From NCBI GenBank assembly GCA_963666985.2, contig CAXXIA010000002.1:1120001-1184000 (forward strand): a stretch of DNA of 64,000 nucleotides. Direction: 5' to 3'. Below the pieces are notes generated by a model. That model ran no database searches. It was not told the origin of the DNA and was given only the letters and a program-made list of their open reading frames with translations. A program made the translations under genes and the position numbers. The DNA is from Spirochaetia bacterium. GTDB lineage: Bacteria; Spirochaetota; Spirochaetia; DSM-2461. Positions 10,474-20,611 of the stretch are shown piece by piece (position 1 is the first letter of the stretch; every line of letters starts with the position of its first letter).

Positions 10474-10510
10474 TCGTCCCGGAGAAGCACCAAATCGATT
10501 CAAGCGATTC

Positions 10511-10543
10511 AAAGAGCTGTTCCATGCGGGGCAGCTCTTTTTT
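10511..10543. terminator. Probable bidirectional terminator between convergent genes
   Basis: AAAGAGCTGTTCC-ATGC-GGGGCAGCTCTTTTTT. Confidence 0.75.
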
Positions 10544-10622
10544 ACGGCCTCTTCCCCCGAAACACCCGCGGGGGTGCGGCAAGGAAGCGTTCTAAAAACC
10601 TCCGGCGGCATAAAGAGGATTT

Positions 10623-11546
10623 TTACAAACCGCGTCGTACAGGCGCCGCTCCCTCGGGGATAAAGAAAAGCTCCGGACGATATTCAAAATGAATCCGGTC
10701 ATAGAGGAACCATTTGCCTCCCCATATGAAGCCATGGGCCTCAAAGGCCTCCACGAGGGTTTGAGGAAACGGAAACCGATCGGCCTGGGGAACGGCCCAC
10801 CAGCGGTCATAAACGTTTCGCGCCCAGCGCCAATAAGCGGGCCCGCCGTTTAAATCCGCGGGAACAAGATCAACGGCAATTCCATATGAATGAAGACTGC
10901 GATTGGCGGAACCCGCGATGTTCCGCCAATTGTAAGCGCCGACGGACCCCAGGCCGTCCAGCCAGGCGCGGAGCTCCGGATCGTTTTCGGCGGAGTGAAG
11001 AATCATCTGTTCAACACCGGCCAAAGCATCCTTTATATCCGGATGAACGCGAACATTAAATCCGAGAAACTTCATGGGTACGACCGTCCGCTCGGCAGTC
11101 AAAAAATCCTCCATTCCCCACAAAGCCGTTAAAAACGACTGACTCCTGGAGTCCTGAAGAGTCTCACGTATGCTAATCAGCTCTTCCAGCCGGCGAATTT
11201 CATCTTCATTCAGCTCCGGAGGCTCCGGCAATTCACTCGGATAAGGAATAAAGGAATAAGGACGATACTTTTCTTTATTCTCGGCCTCTTCGGAGGGAAG
11301 CATCCTGCCTTCGGCCCAGAGAAAAACTCGGCCGTCGATAAGCACGCTCCAATCTCCCAGGCGGATGCCCGGAGATTCTATTCGGCCGGGATAGGCCCGA
11401 ACCAGCGCATCCAAAACGGCCGGAGCGCTCGGGGTGGGCGGCATGAAGGAGTCGCCCCATATTCCGAACGGAAAGGATAAAACAAGAGAGACCGCGATTA
11501 TGGTCCTAAGAAATACCGACAGTCTATTTCTCCAGGAAGGATGCAA
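10623..11546 (-). CDS. M15-family Zn peptidoglycan peptidase
   Basis: WRNIAGS.NRSLHSYGIAVD and GFIWGGKW.LYD.IHFEYRPE zinc-ligand motifs; signal peptide. Confidence 0.88.
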   Translation of the reverse strand: MHPSWRNRLSVFLRTIIAVSLVLSFPFGIWGDSFMPPTPSAPAVLDALVRAYPGRIESPGIRLGDWSVLIDGRVFLWAEGRMLPSEEAENKEKYRPYSFIPYPSELPEPPELNEDEIRRLEELISIRETLQDSRSQSFLTALWGMEDFLTAERTVVPMKFLGFNVRVHPDIKDALAGVEQMILHSAENDPELRAWLDGLGSVGAYNWRNIAGSANRSLHSYGIAVDLVPADLNGGPAYWRWARNVYDRWWAVPQADRFPFPQTLVEAFEAHGFIWGGKWFLYDRIHFEYRPELFFIPEGAAPVRRGL

Positions 11547-12585
11547 GATAGGCCGTAAACTCCCGGTCGAATTCTTTCGTAATGACTTTGTTCATGTCCG
11601 CATAGGCTCTCGCATCGGCGGCCGAAGCGCTGATGCCCGAAGAACGTCCCTGACGCGGCAGGGTGATCGCGGGATACCCGGAACCGTCCATCAGCGTAAG
11701 ATTCAGTTCCCATGCGAGATTCTCATATCCGTTGTTCAGCTGAACGGGAGCGACGTTCACGACGGCCGAAAGGAACATATCGCCGCCGCCCGAGACGGAA
11801 AAGCCCTTTTCGGATGTCCAGTCCGTTAAAACGGCCTGAATGCGGCCTTCGGGATCGCCGGAGGCTTCAATCCGAATTTTCATGGCCGCCGCCTGATCCG
11901 CCTTGGCCGCTCTCAGATCTCCCAGCGCATAAGTAGGAGAATAAGATCTGGCCATGGGCATATTGATGATTTCAAGCTGCTCGATGAGAACGCGGTTCAC
12001 TTCGGACATAACCAGCGCGGCGTCGAAGAAAGCGAAACGGCGCAGCGGTTCATTCTGCGACGCGGCCCTGTCCATCAGTTCGCAAACCCTCTCGTCGTTC
12101 GCCAAAATGCGCTGACGGTAGAGATTTCCCGTCTCGGCCCGATCCAAATAAGCGATTGTGTACACCCGGCCCATGGAATCCGTCCAGGATTCTCCGTATT
12201 TCATATTAACCAGGGATTCATCGGCGCTTTGTCCGATACTCTGATTGAAATCCGTCTGATTCACGAGTCCCAGAGACTTATCATTCTCTCCGGTAATTTC
12301 CGTATACCGGGTTGTGATGGTTGTATCCACGGTTACACGGGTTCGAAAAATCTGCGCGATGGCCCCGGCGGCGTTTCCCTTGGCGTCGTTCAGACTGTCG
12401 CCCTCGCCGACTTCCGCCAGAAATTCATCATCGGGATACACCGAATCCTTATCCGTTATCCATACCGGCTGCGATTTGCCGCGTGATGCCGATGAGGTTG
12501 TGGCGCATCCGGAAATAACCGACACCGCGATAAGCACGGCCGCGGAGCGGATTAGAATGAACGACAGAATGTTTTTTCTCGACAT
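11524..12585 (-). CDS. LPP20-family lipoprotein
   Basis: Lipobox ISGC; P.WI...YP...L..VG.G....A...A...IAQIF pattern. Confidence 0.75.
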   Translation of the reverse strand: MSRKNILSFILIRSAAVLIAVSVISGCATTSSASRGKSQPVWITDKDSVYPDDEFLAEVGEGDSLNDAKGNAAGAIAQIFRTRVTVDTTITTRYTEITGENDKSLGLVNQTDFNQSIGQSADESLVNMKYGESWTDSMGRVYTIAYLDRAETGNLYRQRILANDERVCELMDRAASQNEPLRRFAFFDAALVMSEVNRVLIEQLEIINMPMARSYSPTYALGDLRAAKADQAAAMKIRIEASGDPEGRIQAVLTDWTSEKGFSVSGGGDMFLSAVVNVAPVQLNNGYENLAWELNLTLMDGSGYPAITLPRQGRSSGISASAADARAYADMNKVITKEFDREFTAYLASFLEK

Positions 12586-12603
12586 GGCTCCTCCTTGGAT
12601 ACC

Positions 12604-14133
12604 CTACCTCAACATATAGCTTTCTATGAGATTCAACCCGTCGGCGCTGAAAGTTCTCTCGCCATGATCAATTCTTTCCATCAGGCTCTGCCCATTCCAG
12701 TACTCAACTTCAACATGATAGGTGCCCGGAAGCACGGAAATCTCGGCTGTTTTCGCATAGGATGGAAAGAACTGAGAAATTCGGAGATCCGCGTTTTCCG
12801 TGGCGTCCACGGCCACGTCGGCCGCGACTCCCACCAGTAAACCCGCGAATAATCCGGCGAGTCCCTGATCGTTCAGTTCTTTCTGCACCGCGTCTTTCCC
12901 GGCTTCCTTGGCGATATTCTTTAAGGTGGCCCTAATAATGGTTTTACCGACGGTAAGAGGACGCTTGAGCAGAAATGTTTCCCGGGCCACAACCTCCATC
13001 TTCTCAAGGAGATCCAATTCGGCAACTTCACGTCCGTCGAATTTCACGACGATACGGTCCGCTTCGGATCGGCGACTCTCCAGCCTTGGAAATTGAATTT
13101 TATAATGGAACCCGCCGTTCACCCCGGGAATCACGAGAAAGTTGAAACCGACATTATCCGTGACATAATCATCGCTCTGACCCGTCATCGTAAGCCATAC
13201 CATGCCCGGCGTGGTATTGATATAAATGGTATCCGCAAGCTTCACCGGACTTAAACCGGAAAAACTGACGATGTTGACCAGCGCCGAACCGTTTTCGGGC
13301 GGCTTGAGGGCGGGCAAATCGGGTTTTTCGAAATTATAGATATGCGCCTGAGTGGACCATGCTTCATTCATCGCTTCGCTGTCTATGCGGGCGTCGTCGT
13401 ACGAGCCCTCCGCTCTGTAGAGCAGCAAACTCAGATACCGAGCCAGAACATCGTTGTGAAATTGATTTTCACGGTAAACCAGTTCCCCTTCGGCCTCGGA
13501 GGATGAATTGTAATCGTCGATAAGGTCTTTGTATTTGTCTTCAAGGATATCGAGCTTAATCTGAACGCGCCGAATCTCCACATGGGCCGATTCCTCATCT
13601 CCCATCGCGATATAATTCAGGGCTTTGAAGACATTCAAGTAGATGTCTTCATAATCCTCTCCCGAGTAATCAAGCGCATTGTCGTTGAGCCCCCAGGAGG
13701 CCGCTCCTTTGGAAATGCTCTTGGTATAAAGTTCTTCAATGGCAAGCTCCGCTTTGGAAAGAAGCTCATTGCTTCTCTCATAGTTTCCCGCCCAATGCTG
13801 AAGCATGCCGAGATCGAGATAATAGAGAACTCTGTCCTTCTCTTTATAATCTTCGCCTTTGGATTCCCTGATAATGCCGGCCGCCGAAGCGTATGCGCCC
13901 TCACGCGCCATGGGCACCGACTCTTCGTACTGATTCTGACTGGTCTTCATGCTCGCGCACGAGGCTAAAATAAGAGCCGCCGCAATCACGGCAAAGACAT
14001 TGATTCCCGGAAAAACAGCCGCCCCGATCGCGGTGAAGACATTCACTCTTGAAAAATGCGTTATTATCGGCCCGTTTTGTATTCGAGGTTTATTCAAAAG
14101 ACAATCTTCATTCCTCTGCAGGTTCCGGCTCAT
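12604..14133 (-). CDS. COG3014-like TPR lipoprotein (start uncertain)
   Basis: LILASC lipobox; DRVLYYLDLGML, Y.GEDYE..Y.N.FKALNY, ADLR motifs. Confidence 0.75.
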   Translation of the reverse strand: MSRNLQRNEDCLLNKPRIQNGPIITHFSRVNVFTAIGAAVFPGINVFAVIAAALILASCASMKTSQNQYEESVPMAREGAYASAAGIIRESKGEDYKEKDRVLYYLDLGMLQHWAGNYERSNELLSKAELAIEELYTKSISKGAASWGLNDNALDYSGEDYEDIYLNVFKALNYIAMGDEESAHVEIRRVQIKLDILEDKYKDLIDDYNSSSEAEGELVYRENQFHNDVLARYLSLLLYRAEGSYDDARIDSEAMNEAWSTQAHIYNFEKPDLPALKPPENGSALVNIVSFSGLSPVKLADTIYINTTPGMVWLTMTGQSDDYVTDNVGFNFLVIPGVNGGFHYKIQFPRLESRRSEADRIVVKFDGREVAELDLLEKMEVVARETFLLKRPLTVGKTIIRATLKNIAKEAGKDAVQKELNDQGLAGLFAGLLVGVAADVAVDATENADLRISQFFPSYAKTAEISVLPGTYHVEVEYWNGQSLMERIDHGERTFSADGLNLIESYMLR

Positions 14134-14142
14134 GAGAAAATA

Positions 14143-14751
14143 CTACCAGGAATTCTTTTTGCGTTCGACGAGTTTTTTAAACTGTTTGGCATCGATCCAG
14201 ACTTTCTGGTTGTTCTCGAGATCGATCAGCTCCATATCGACTTTATACAAGGTGGCGCTTTTCCCTTCGATGGCATCGGTCTGGCTGGTAATAACGCCCT
14301 GCATCATGTAATCGGCGCCGGTTTCCGCCGCTAAGGCCGCCGCCGACTCCAGCGTGGCGTTGGACTGCTGATCCTCGCGTTCGGCTCGAATCTCCTCGCG
14401 GGCATCGCCCGCCGCGACGAAAACAACCCGGCCGCTGTTCACAAGTTCCCGTTCGATGTCTTTGATAAACGTATTCGCGTCAATATGTTCGGAACTTCTG
14501 TTGCGGACGCTGCCGACGATAACCACCGGATCGCGGCCTTCTTCGGACGTGAAACGGCCGAGCCAGCCGCCGGAAAGCATACTGGAAACCATGTATTCCG
14601 CCGTCAGTCTGGAATCCGTATCATTCCATCTTCCGCTCAGGTCGATGACTTCATCCGTGGCGGTTCTGGTAACCGATGTCGTGGCACAGCCGGTAAAGAG
14701 TAAAACGGCGAGAATGAATCCCGCCGGAGCGAACTTCGTTACAAATTTCAT
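14143..14751 (-). CDS. lpoB: Penicillin-binding protein activator LpoB-family lipoprotein
   Basis: Lipobox FTGC; DLSGRWNDTD, V.NRSSEHID, GADYMMQG.I, Y.VDMELIDLE....VW. Confidence 0.85.
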   Translation of the reverse strand: MKFVTKFAPAGFILAVLLFTGCATTSVTRTATDEVIDLSGRWNDTDSRLTAEYMVSSMLSGGWLGRFTSEEGRDPVVIVGSVRNRSSEHIDANTFIKDIERELVNSGRVVFVAAGDAREEIRAEREDQQSNATLESAAALAAETGADYMMQGVITSQTDAIEGKSATLYKVDMELIDLENNQKVWIDAKQFKKLVERKKNSW

Positions 14752-15052
14752 TCCATCCCTCCAGGAATTGCGATACGGCGCAGCGGGCCTTCGCTTCTAT
14801 CGGCAGACTGTAATAATGAAAGATATAAGTTTTTTTCAACAGTCCGCTCAATCATTTTACTGACCGGAAAATAAAAAACCAAGGAAAACGGCGAATCATC
14901 ACCGTCTTTCTTCTCCATCCCCCCCTTGATCAACCACAAAGCTTCCTCCATCATTTCTCTCGCCGCCGAAAGATTTGGATCATTACCGCGAGAGGCTCTT
15001 TCAAAATAGTGAATTTTGTTCGCGAACAGCGGGCGGAACCCGCAGATCGCCG

Positions 15053-15204
15053 CGTGGGGAGCACGGAATCCCGGAGCGGCGGCTAATGCGGCGGCCAATA
15101 TAGGATCGTACCGCGGGCCGAAGTCCGGCGGTTCGTAAACAGCTGAGGACCGCAAGGGGAATCGTACCGCCGGGCCAAAGGCTCCGCTGTGAAAGAGCCC
15201 CACG
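15053..15204 (+). ncRNA. Candidate structured RNA (rod-like) upstream of hom; family unassigned
   Basis: Six nested helices plus an apical hairpin, found by eye; G-U pairs favour the + strand (see findings). Confidence 0.35.
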
Positions 15205-15259
15205 AATCGGATGACCGTTATCTTGGAAATCGGCATTTTTTGGTGAGGGAGAAAATCTT

Positions 15260-16579
15260 ATGGAATCACCCGGAAAATTCGGCATCGCCGTCGTCGGCTG
15301 CGGAACGGTCGGCATTTCTACGGCCGAACTCATTCTGTCGCATTCGGACAGCTTCTTCGCAAAAACCGGCATTCGATTCGAACTTAAAGCCCTGGTGGAT
15401 GTCAATTACGACCGAGCGAAAGCGGCCGGACTTGATGAACGTCTTTACAACGAAGATTTAGGTTCGGTTCTGGCCGATAAAAATGTCCATCTCATCGTTG
15501 AAACGGTCGGCGGACTGACCATCGCCAGAACCATCATCGAGAAGGCTCTGAAAGCGAAAAAACATGTCGTTACCGCCAATAAAGCTCTTCTGGCTCATTA
15601 CGGAACCGAACTTTTCGCTCTGGCTCGTGAAAATGGTGTGAGCATCGGTTTCGAAGCGAGCTGCGCGGGCGGCATTCCCATAATTCGCGCCCTTATCGAC
15701 GGACTCTCGGCCAATAATATCGAAGCTCTTTACGGCATCGTCAACGGAACCTCGAATTTCATTCTTACGGAAATGGTGGAAAAAGGCCGCACCTATGCGG
15801 AAGCACTTTCCCAAGCCCAGGCCGACGGTCTGGCCGAGGCCGATCCGTCCCTGGACGTCAACGGCATGGACGCGGCTCATAAACTCACCCTTCTGGCGTC
15901 TCTGGCCTTCGGAGAAAGGATTCCCCTGGAATCGGTTCCCGTCGACGGCATCGACGGGCTGGATCTTTTCGATGTCGCCACCGGAAACGAACTCGGCTAT
16001 GTCCTGAAACTTATCGCATTCGCCCGAAGAATCGATGATGCTCTGGATTTGGCCGTTAAGCCGGTGTTTCTTCCGAACGATCATCCCCTGGCCCGGGTTT
16101 CGGGCCCCTTCAACGCCATAAGCGTTTACGGCGATGCCGTCGGCCACACAATGTACTACGGCCGCGGCGCCGGAGGCAGTCCCACGGCCTCGGCAGTCGT
16201 TTCGGATATTCTTTCGATTGCCTTGGGCATATGGCCCGCGCTGTTTTCCAGCCTTACCATCTGGCCCGACCGGCGGGAGCCGGCCCGCCTCATCAACGAA
16301 GGTGATTCGGTTCACCGCTACTACATGAGGTTCATGGTTAAGGAAGAATGCGGCGCCGTGGCGGATATAACCGCGGAACTGGCGAAAAGAGGAATCAGTC
16401 TGAATGCGTTCGTGCAGAAGGAATCAGGCAACAGGAACAGCGTCCCCTGCGTTATCACCACATACGAAGCTCCCGGAGGAAAGGTTCAGGAAGCCTTCGA
16501 CGCCATCTGCAAACTTTCCAAAGTCGAAAAACCGGCGGTACTGATTCGCATTATCGACGAGCATACGGAATCAATCTGA
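15260..16579 (+). CDS. hom: Homoserine dehydrogenase with C-terminal ACT domain
   Basis: GCGTVG, HVVTANKALLA, FEASCAGGIPII, GIVNGTSNFIL, AEADP..DV.G.DAAHKL, YGRGAGG.PTASAV. Confidence 0.95.
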   Translation: MESPGKFGIAVVGCGTVGISTAELILSHSDSFFAKTGIRFELKALVDVNYDRAKAAGLDERLYNEDLGSVLADKNVHLIVETVGGLTIARTIIEKALKAKKHVVTANKALLAHYGTELFALARENGVSIGFEASCAGGIPIIRALIDGLSANNIEALYGIVNGTSNFILTEMVEKGRTYAEALSQAQADGLAEADPSLDVNGMDAAHKLTLLASLAFGERIPLESVPVDGIDGLDLFDVATGNELGYVLKLIAFARRIDDALDLAVKPVFLPNDHPLARVSGPFNAISVYGDAVGHTMYYGRGAGGSPTASAVVSDILSIALGIWPALFSSLTIWPDRREPARLINEGDSVHRYYMRFMVKEECGAVADITAELAKRGISLNAFVQKESGNRNSVPCVITTYEAPGGKVQEAFDAICKLSKVEKPAVLIRIIDEHTESI

Positions 16580-16828
16580 CTGTTCTGAACTGTTCTAAAA
16601 GACGGCCCCTCGGCGCATGAATGATGCACCGAGGGACCTTGTGTTCTCCGGTTTTGCCGATTGAACCGCCGCGGATGTCGGTACCGTGAGGATTGAACCT
16701 TAAAAGGGGAAGAGTGAAAATCCGTCTGGAAAAACGGCCCCTTTACGGCAAATAATTGAATCATGCGGAGTTCTTCCATTTTGTGCAGACGCTTGCGCAA
16801 TCTCCATCGGGAATGATAGGAATAGAGT

Positions 16829-19267
16829 ATGAAGCTGGACAAACAGGGATTCAAGGAACGAGTAACCTATTGGGTGGATCGCGGAACGGGCGACGGAATC
16901 AAAGGGGCTTCGAATCGTCAGATTTACGAAGCCGTTTCCCGAGCGCTTATGGATAATCTCTGGGAAACATGGCGAAGCTGTGAAAAGGATATCAAATCCC
17001 GCAAACTCAAAAGAGCTTACTACTTCTCCGCCGAATACCTGATGGGCCGCGCCCTGGGCAACAATATGATCAACCTGGGTCTCAGGGGCGAGGTGGCCGA
17101 GGCTCTGGCGGAAATGAATCTGGATTTAAACGCCGCCGAAGACACGGAACCCGACGCGGCTTTGGGCAACGGAGGCCTGGGACGGCTCGCGGCCTGCTTC
17201 ATCGAATCCCTCGCCAGCCTGGATTTGCCGGCCCGGGGCTACGGCATCCGCTACCGCTACGGTATGTTCCGTCAGGAAATTGTCGACGGCAGACAGGTTG
17301 AGCGCCCGGACGGATGGGTGGCTTCCGGCGATCCGTGGTCCATCAGAAGAGGCAACAGAACCGTCGTCGTCCGTTTCGGCGGACATGTCGTTACCGAACA
17401 GCGCCCGGACGGCAGCTTCCGATTTAAAACCGTTAATACGGAAGATATCCGGGCGATCCCCTACGACATGCCCATTATCGGGTGGGATACGGACACGGTG
17501 GGAACCCTCCGTCTCTGGGAAGCCGATTCCGAGGACGGCTTCAATCTGCAGATGTTCAACAACATGGAATATCTCCGCGCGGTGGAAACGGAAAACCGCG
17601 CTCGCGATCTTTCCCGGGTTCTTTATCCCAACGACAGCGGTCCCACGGGCAAAGCCCTGCGGCTCCGGCAGCAGTACTTCTTCAGCTCGGCATCCCTTCA
17701 GGACATCGTCCGGGAATACAAGGGCGTTTTCGGAAACGATCTGACCGGACTGCCGAACATGGCCGCCATCCAGCTCAACGATACCCACCCGGTCATATCC
17801 ATTCCGGAACTCATGCGCATTCTCATGGACGAAGAAGGTTTGGAATGGAACGAGGCCTGGAACATCGTGACAAAAACCTTCGCGTACACGAATCATACGG
17901 TCTTGGCCGAAGCCCTGGAAAAATGGCCCATGGATCTGTTCAGGGCCGAATTCCCGAGACTCTTCCAGATTATTGAAGAAATAAATCGCCGGTTTTTATC
18001 GTTCCTGAAGGAAAAAATACCGAACGAACAGAAAAAGCACTACAGAATGTCCATCCTCGCGGACGGAATGATTAAGATGGCGCATCTGGCCATTATCGGT
18101 TCGTTCTCGGTGAACGGCGTCGCGGCTCTTCACACGGAGATTCTTAAAAAGAACGTTCTCAAGGACTGGTTCGAGATTTGGCCGGAGAAATTCAACAACA
18201 AAACAAACGGTGTAACGCAGAGGCGATGGCTGAAGAAAGCCAATCCTCCCCTTTCCGATTTGCTGGATGAAATCGTCGGTCCCGGATGGACACACGATCT
18301 TTCCCTCGTCTCGAAACTGAAGGAAAAGGCCGACGATTCTTCCGTTCTCGACCGTATCGGCGCGATTAAAGCATCCAATAAGGTCCGTTTGGTCGAACTG
18401 ACCGAGCGGCTTACGGGCATCACCGTTAATCCGGAAAGCCTGTTCGACGTGCAAATCAAGCGGCTTCATGAGTACAAGCGCCAGCTCTTGAATATTCTCT
18501 CTCTGATTCACGATTGGCAGATGCTGCGCGATTATCCGAATTTGGAACTCCCGCCGCGAACCGTGTTTTTCGGAGCGAAAGCCGCCTCCGGATATCGGCG
18601 CGCGAAGCAGATTATTCACCTGATTCATACCGTTTCGAAAATTGTCAATTCGGATCCCGCGGTGCGCGGTCTTTTAAAGATTGTTTTCATTCCGGATTAC
18701 AAAGTCAGTACCGCGGAAATTATTTTCCCGGCGTCGGAAATTTCCCAGCAAATCTCCACGGCGGGTAAAGAAGCGTCGGGAACCGGCAACATGAAGTTCA
18801 TGATGAACGGCGCCGTTACTTTGGGCACGCTCGACGGCGCCAATATCGAAATCGTCGAAGAAGCCGGTGAAGAGAACGCCTTTATCTTCGGGATGAAATC
18901 CGAAGAAGTCGACGCTCTGCGGGCAAGCGGAACTTATTACCCCTTTTCCGTTATTGAACACGATGCGGCCCTGAAAAGAGCCGTGGGCGCCCTGGTCGAC
19001 GGAACCTTGGGAAGCGGCGATGAATTCAGGGAACTCTACGATTCCCTTCTCTACGGAACGGAGGGAAACCGGCCCGACGAGTACTTCGTCATTCAGGATT
19101 TCGCTTCATACCGGGATGTCCGTACGGCCGCCGGAGAAGCCTGGCAGAACAGCGCCCGGTGGAATCGCATGGCGCTGATGAACATCGCCGGAAGCGGAAA
19201 ATTCAGTTCCGACAGAACCATCCGCGAGTACGCCGATGAAATCTGGAAGATCGTACCGCGAAAATAG
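16829..19267 (+). CDS. glgP: Glycogen/maltodextrin phosphorylase
   Basis: LGNGGLGRLAACF, IQLNDTHP, QIKRLHEYKRQLLN, KEASGTGNMKFMMNG (PLP lysine). Confidence 0.97.
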   Translation: MKLDKQGFKERVTYWVDRGTGDGIKGASNRQIYEAVSRALMDNLWETWRSCEKDIKSRKLKRAYYFSAEYLMGRALGNNMINLGLRGEVAEALAEMNLDLNAAEDTEPDAALGNGGLGRLAACFIESLASLDLPARGYGIRYRYGMFRQEIVDGRQVERPDGWVASGDPWSIRRGNRTVVVRFGGHVVTEQRPDGSFRFKTVNTEDIRAIPYDMPIIGWDTDTVGTLRLWEADSEDGFNLQMFNNMEYLRAVETENRARDLSRVLYPNDSGPTGKALRLRQQYFFSSASLQDIVREYKGVFGNDLTGLPNMAAIQLNDTHPVISIPELMRILMDEEGLEWNEAWNIVTKTFAYTNHTVLAEALEKWPMDLFRAEFPRLFQIIEEINRRFLSFLKEKIPNEQKKHYRMSILADGMIKMAHLAIIGSFSVNGVAALHTEILKKNVLKDWFEIWPEKFNNKTNGVTQRRWLKKANPPLSDLLDEIVGPGWTHDLSLVSKLKEKADDSSVLDRIGAIKASNKVRLVELTERLTGITVNPESLFDVQIKRLHEYKRQLLNILSLIHDWQMLRDYPNLELPPRTVFFGAKAASGYRRAKQIIHLIHTVSKIVNSDPAVRGLLKIVFIPDYKVSTAEIIFPASEISQQISTAGKEASGTGNMKFMMNGAVTLGTLDGANIEIVEEAGEENAFIFGMKSEEVDALRASGTYYPFSVIEHDAALKRAVGALVDGTLGSGDEFRELYDSLLYGTEGNRPDEYFVIQDFASYRDVRTAAGEAWQNSARWNRMALMNIAGSGKFSSDRTIREYADEIWKIVPRK

Positions 19268-19434
19268 GCCGCGGCATAAATACGGCTTACGGAGGCCGCT
19301 CACCCGGCCGAAGATCTTTTAAAACCGGGTTTGAATCACCTTATTTCGCCGCCGGGACGGCCGAATATTTATCCCGCGGCCTTTTTACCGATTTCGCATC
19401 GGCTGACGGAGTATCCTCAATATGGGAGCCTTCC

Positions 19435-20136
19435 TTAAAAAAGGCCGCCCATAAAATCCCGGCCCCAGGCGAAAAGTACCACAAGAACGATGGCCGGAAG
19501 AAAATCCGCGGTCCGCACCTTCTTAAGATTTAAAAGATTCAAGGCGATCATAAGAATCAGATAGCCCCCCAGAGCGCCTATCTCGGCCAGAATCCCCTCG
19601 GTTACAACGGGGGCGAGAGCTCCGGCGGCCAGGGTGATGGCGCCCTGAACAATCAAAACGGACAGCGCGGAAAACACCACTCCCATGCCGGATGCCGCGG
19701 CCAGGATAATCGCCATGAACCCGTCCATCGCGGACTTGGTGAAGATAACGTCGTAATTCCCCTGAAGCCCGGCTTCTATGGAACCGACGATGGTCATGGG
19801 CCCGACGCAGAAAAGAACGGTGGCATCCAGGAATCCCGTTGCAAAAGAACCGCTCTCTTCTTTCGACGATATCAGTTTTTTCAAACCGCCTCCGACTTTC
19901 AGGATACCGTCCTCCACCTTCAGGGCGGTCCCGAGGAGTCCCCCCAGAACCAAAGAGGGAATAATTAAAAGAAGGGTGCCTCCGGAGAGGGCCATACTCA
20001 TGCCGAGAACCAGAGTGATCAATCCGACGCCGACGGAAACGGAATCCTGAAAGCGCTGCGCGATTTTTCCTCTCAGGAGCATTCCGATCAATCCGCCGAG
20101 GATAACGGTCAGTGTATTAACGATGGTTGCGACCAT
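19435..20136 (-). CDS. DUF554 family membrane protein (YdfK-like)
   Basis: ATIVN....I.GG.IG, LFCVGPMTIVGSI..GL.G, KS.MDGF motifs; multiple TM segments. Confidence 0.85.
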   Translation of the reverse strand: MVATIVNTLTVILGGLIGMLLRGKIAQRFQDSVSVGVGLITLVLGMSMALSGGTLLLIIPSLVLGGLLGTALKVEDGILKVGGGLKKLISSKEESGSFATGFLDATVLFCVGPMTIVGSIEAGLQGNYDVIFTKSAMDGFMAIILAAASGMGVVFSALSVLIVQGAITLAAGALAPVVTEGILAEIGALGGYLILMIALNLLNLKKVRTADFLPAIVLVVLFAWGRDFMGGLF

Positions 20137-20263
20137 GTCGGCCAGTATAGGCATTCTTATTGGAAATAAGAACCACAAGAACTCATCGAACCGCTCAATG
20201 TTTCACTGAAATATGTCGATGATTTCCATAAGAAACAACACACTGTACGGAGAAGGAATCCTC

Positions 20264-20566
20264 ATGGTTGAAACGATTTCGGCAGATCCATCAGCAAAAA
20301 TTTACTGTGCCAACTGCATTCACTGCAAATTGGTCCGGACTTTCACCGAAGACGACAAATACGTACTGCGTGTCCGTTGCGATGCGGGGAAATGGCGTAA
20401 AAAACTCGGTGATGAAAAATTTTACAAATATTTCACGGTTGCCCGCCGCGCTCTGGACAAATGCGATACTTATACGCCCATGGGTGAGTCCAAGACTTTT
20501 ATGAAAGATCTTCGCAAAACCCTTCCCATCAAGGACGAGGTGTACACGCCCGGTCAACCCGCTTGA
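20264..20566 (+). CDS. Conserved hypothetical Cys-rich protein
   Basis: YCANCIHCK...RVRC..GKW.KK.G.EK.YKYFT...C; AAGGA RBS. Confidence 0.7.
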   Translation: MVETISADPSAKIYCANCIHCKLVRTFTEDDKYVLRVRCDAGKWRKKLGDEKFYKYFTVARRALDKCDTYTPMGESKTFMKDLRKTLPIKDEVYTPGQPA

Positions 20567-20611
20567 TCAGTCGACCTTCGGCGTTTAAGATGAGCGCCGG
20601 GGGTCTGCCGA

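Noticed and set aside
15025..15115. Canonical T-box, SAM-I or lysine riboswitch call for the hom leader
   Set aside because: The T-box-like strings lack UGGN and no U-tailed terminator follows; SAM-I and lysine core motifs are not in the correct order or spacing
14748..15236. 162-aa minus-strand ORF between lpoB and hom
   Set aside because: No RBS or motifs; the region looks like promoters plus structured RNA, though a small CDS is not excluded
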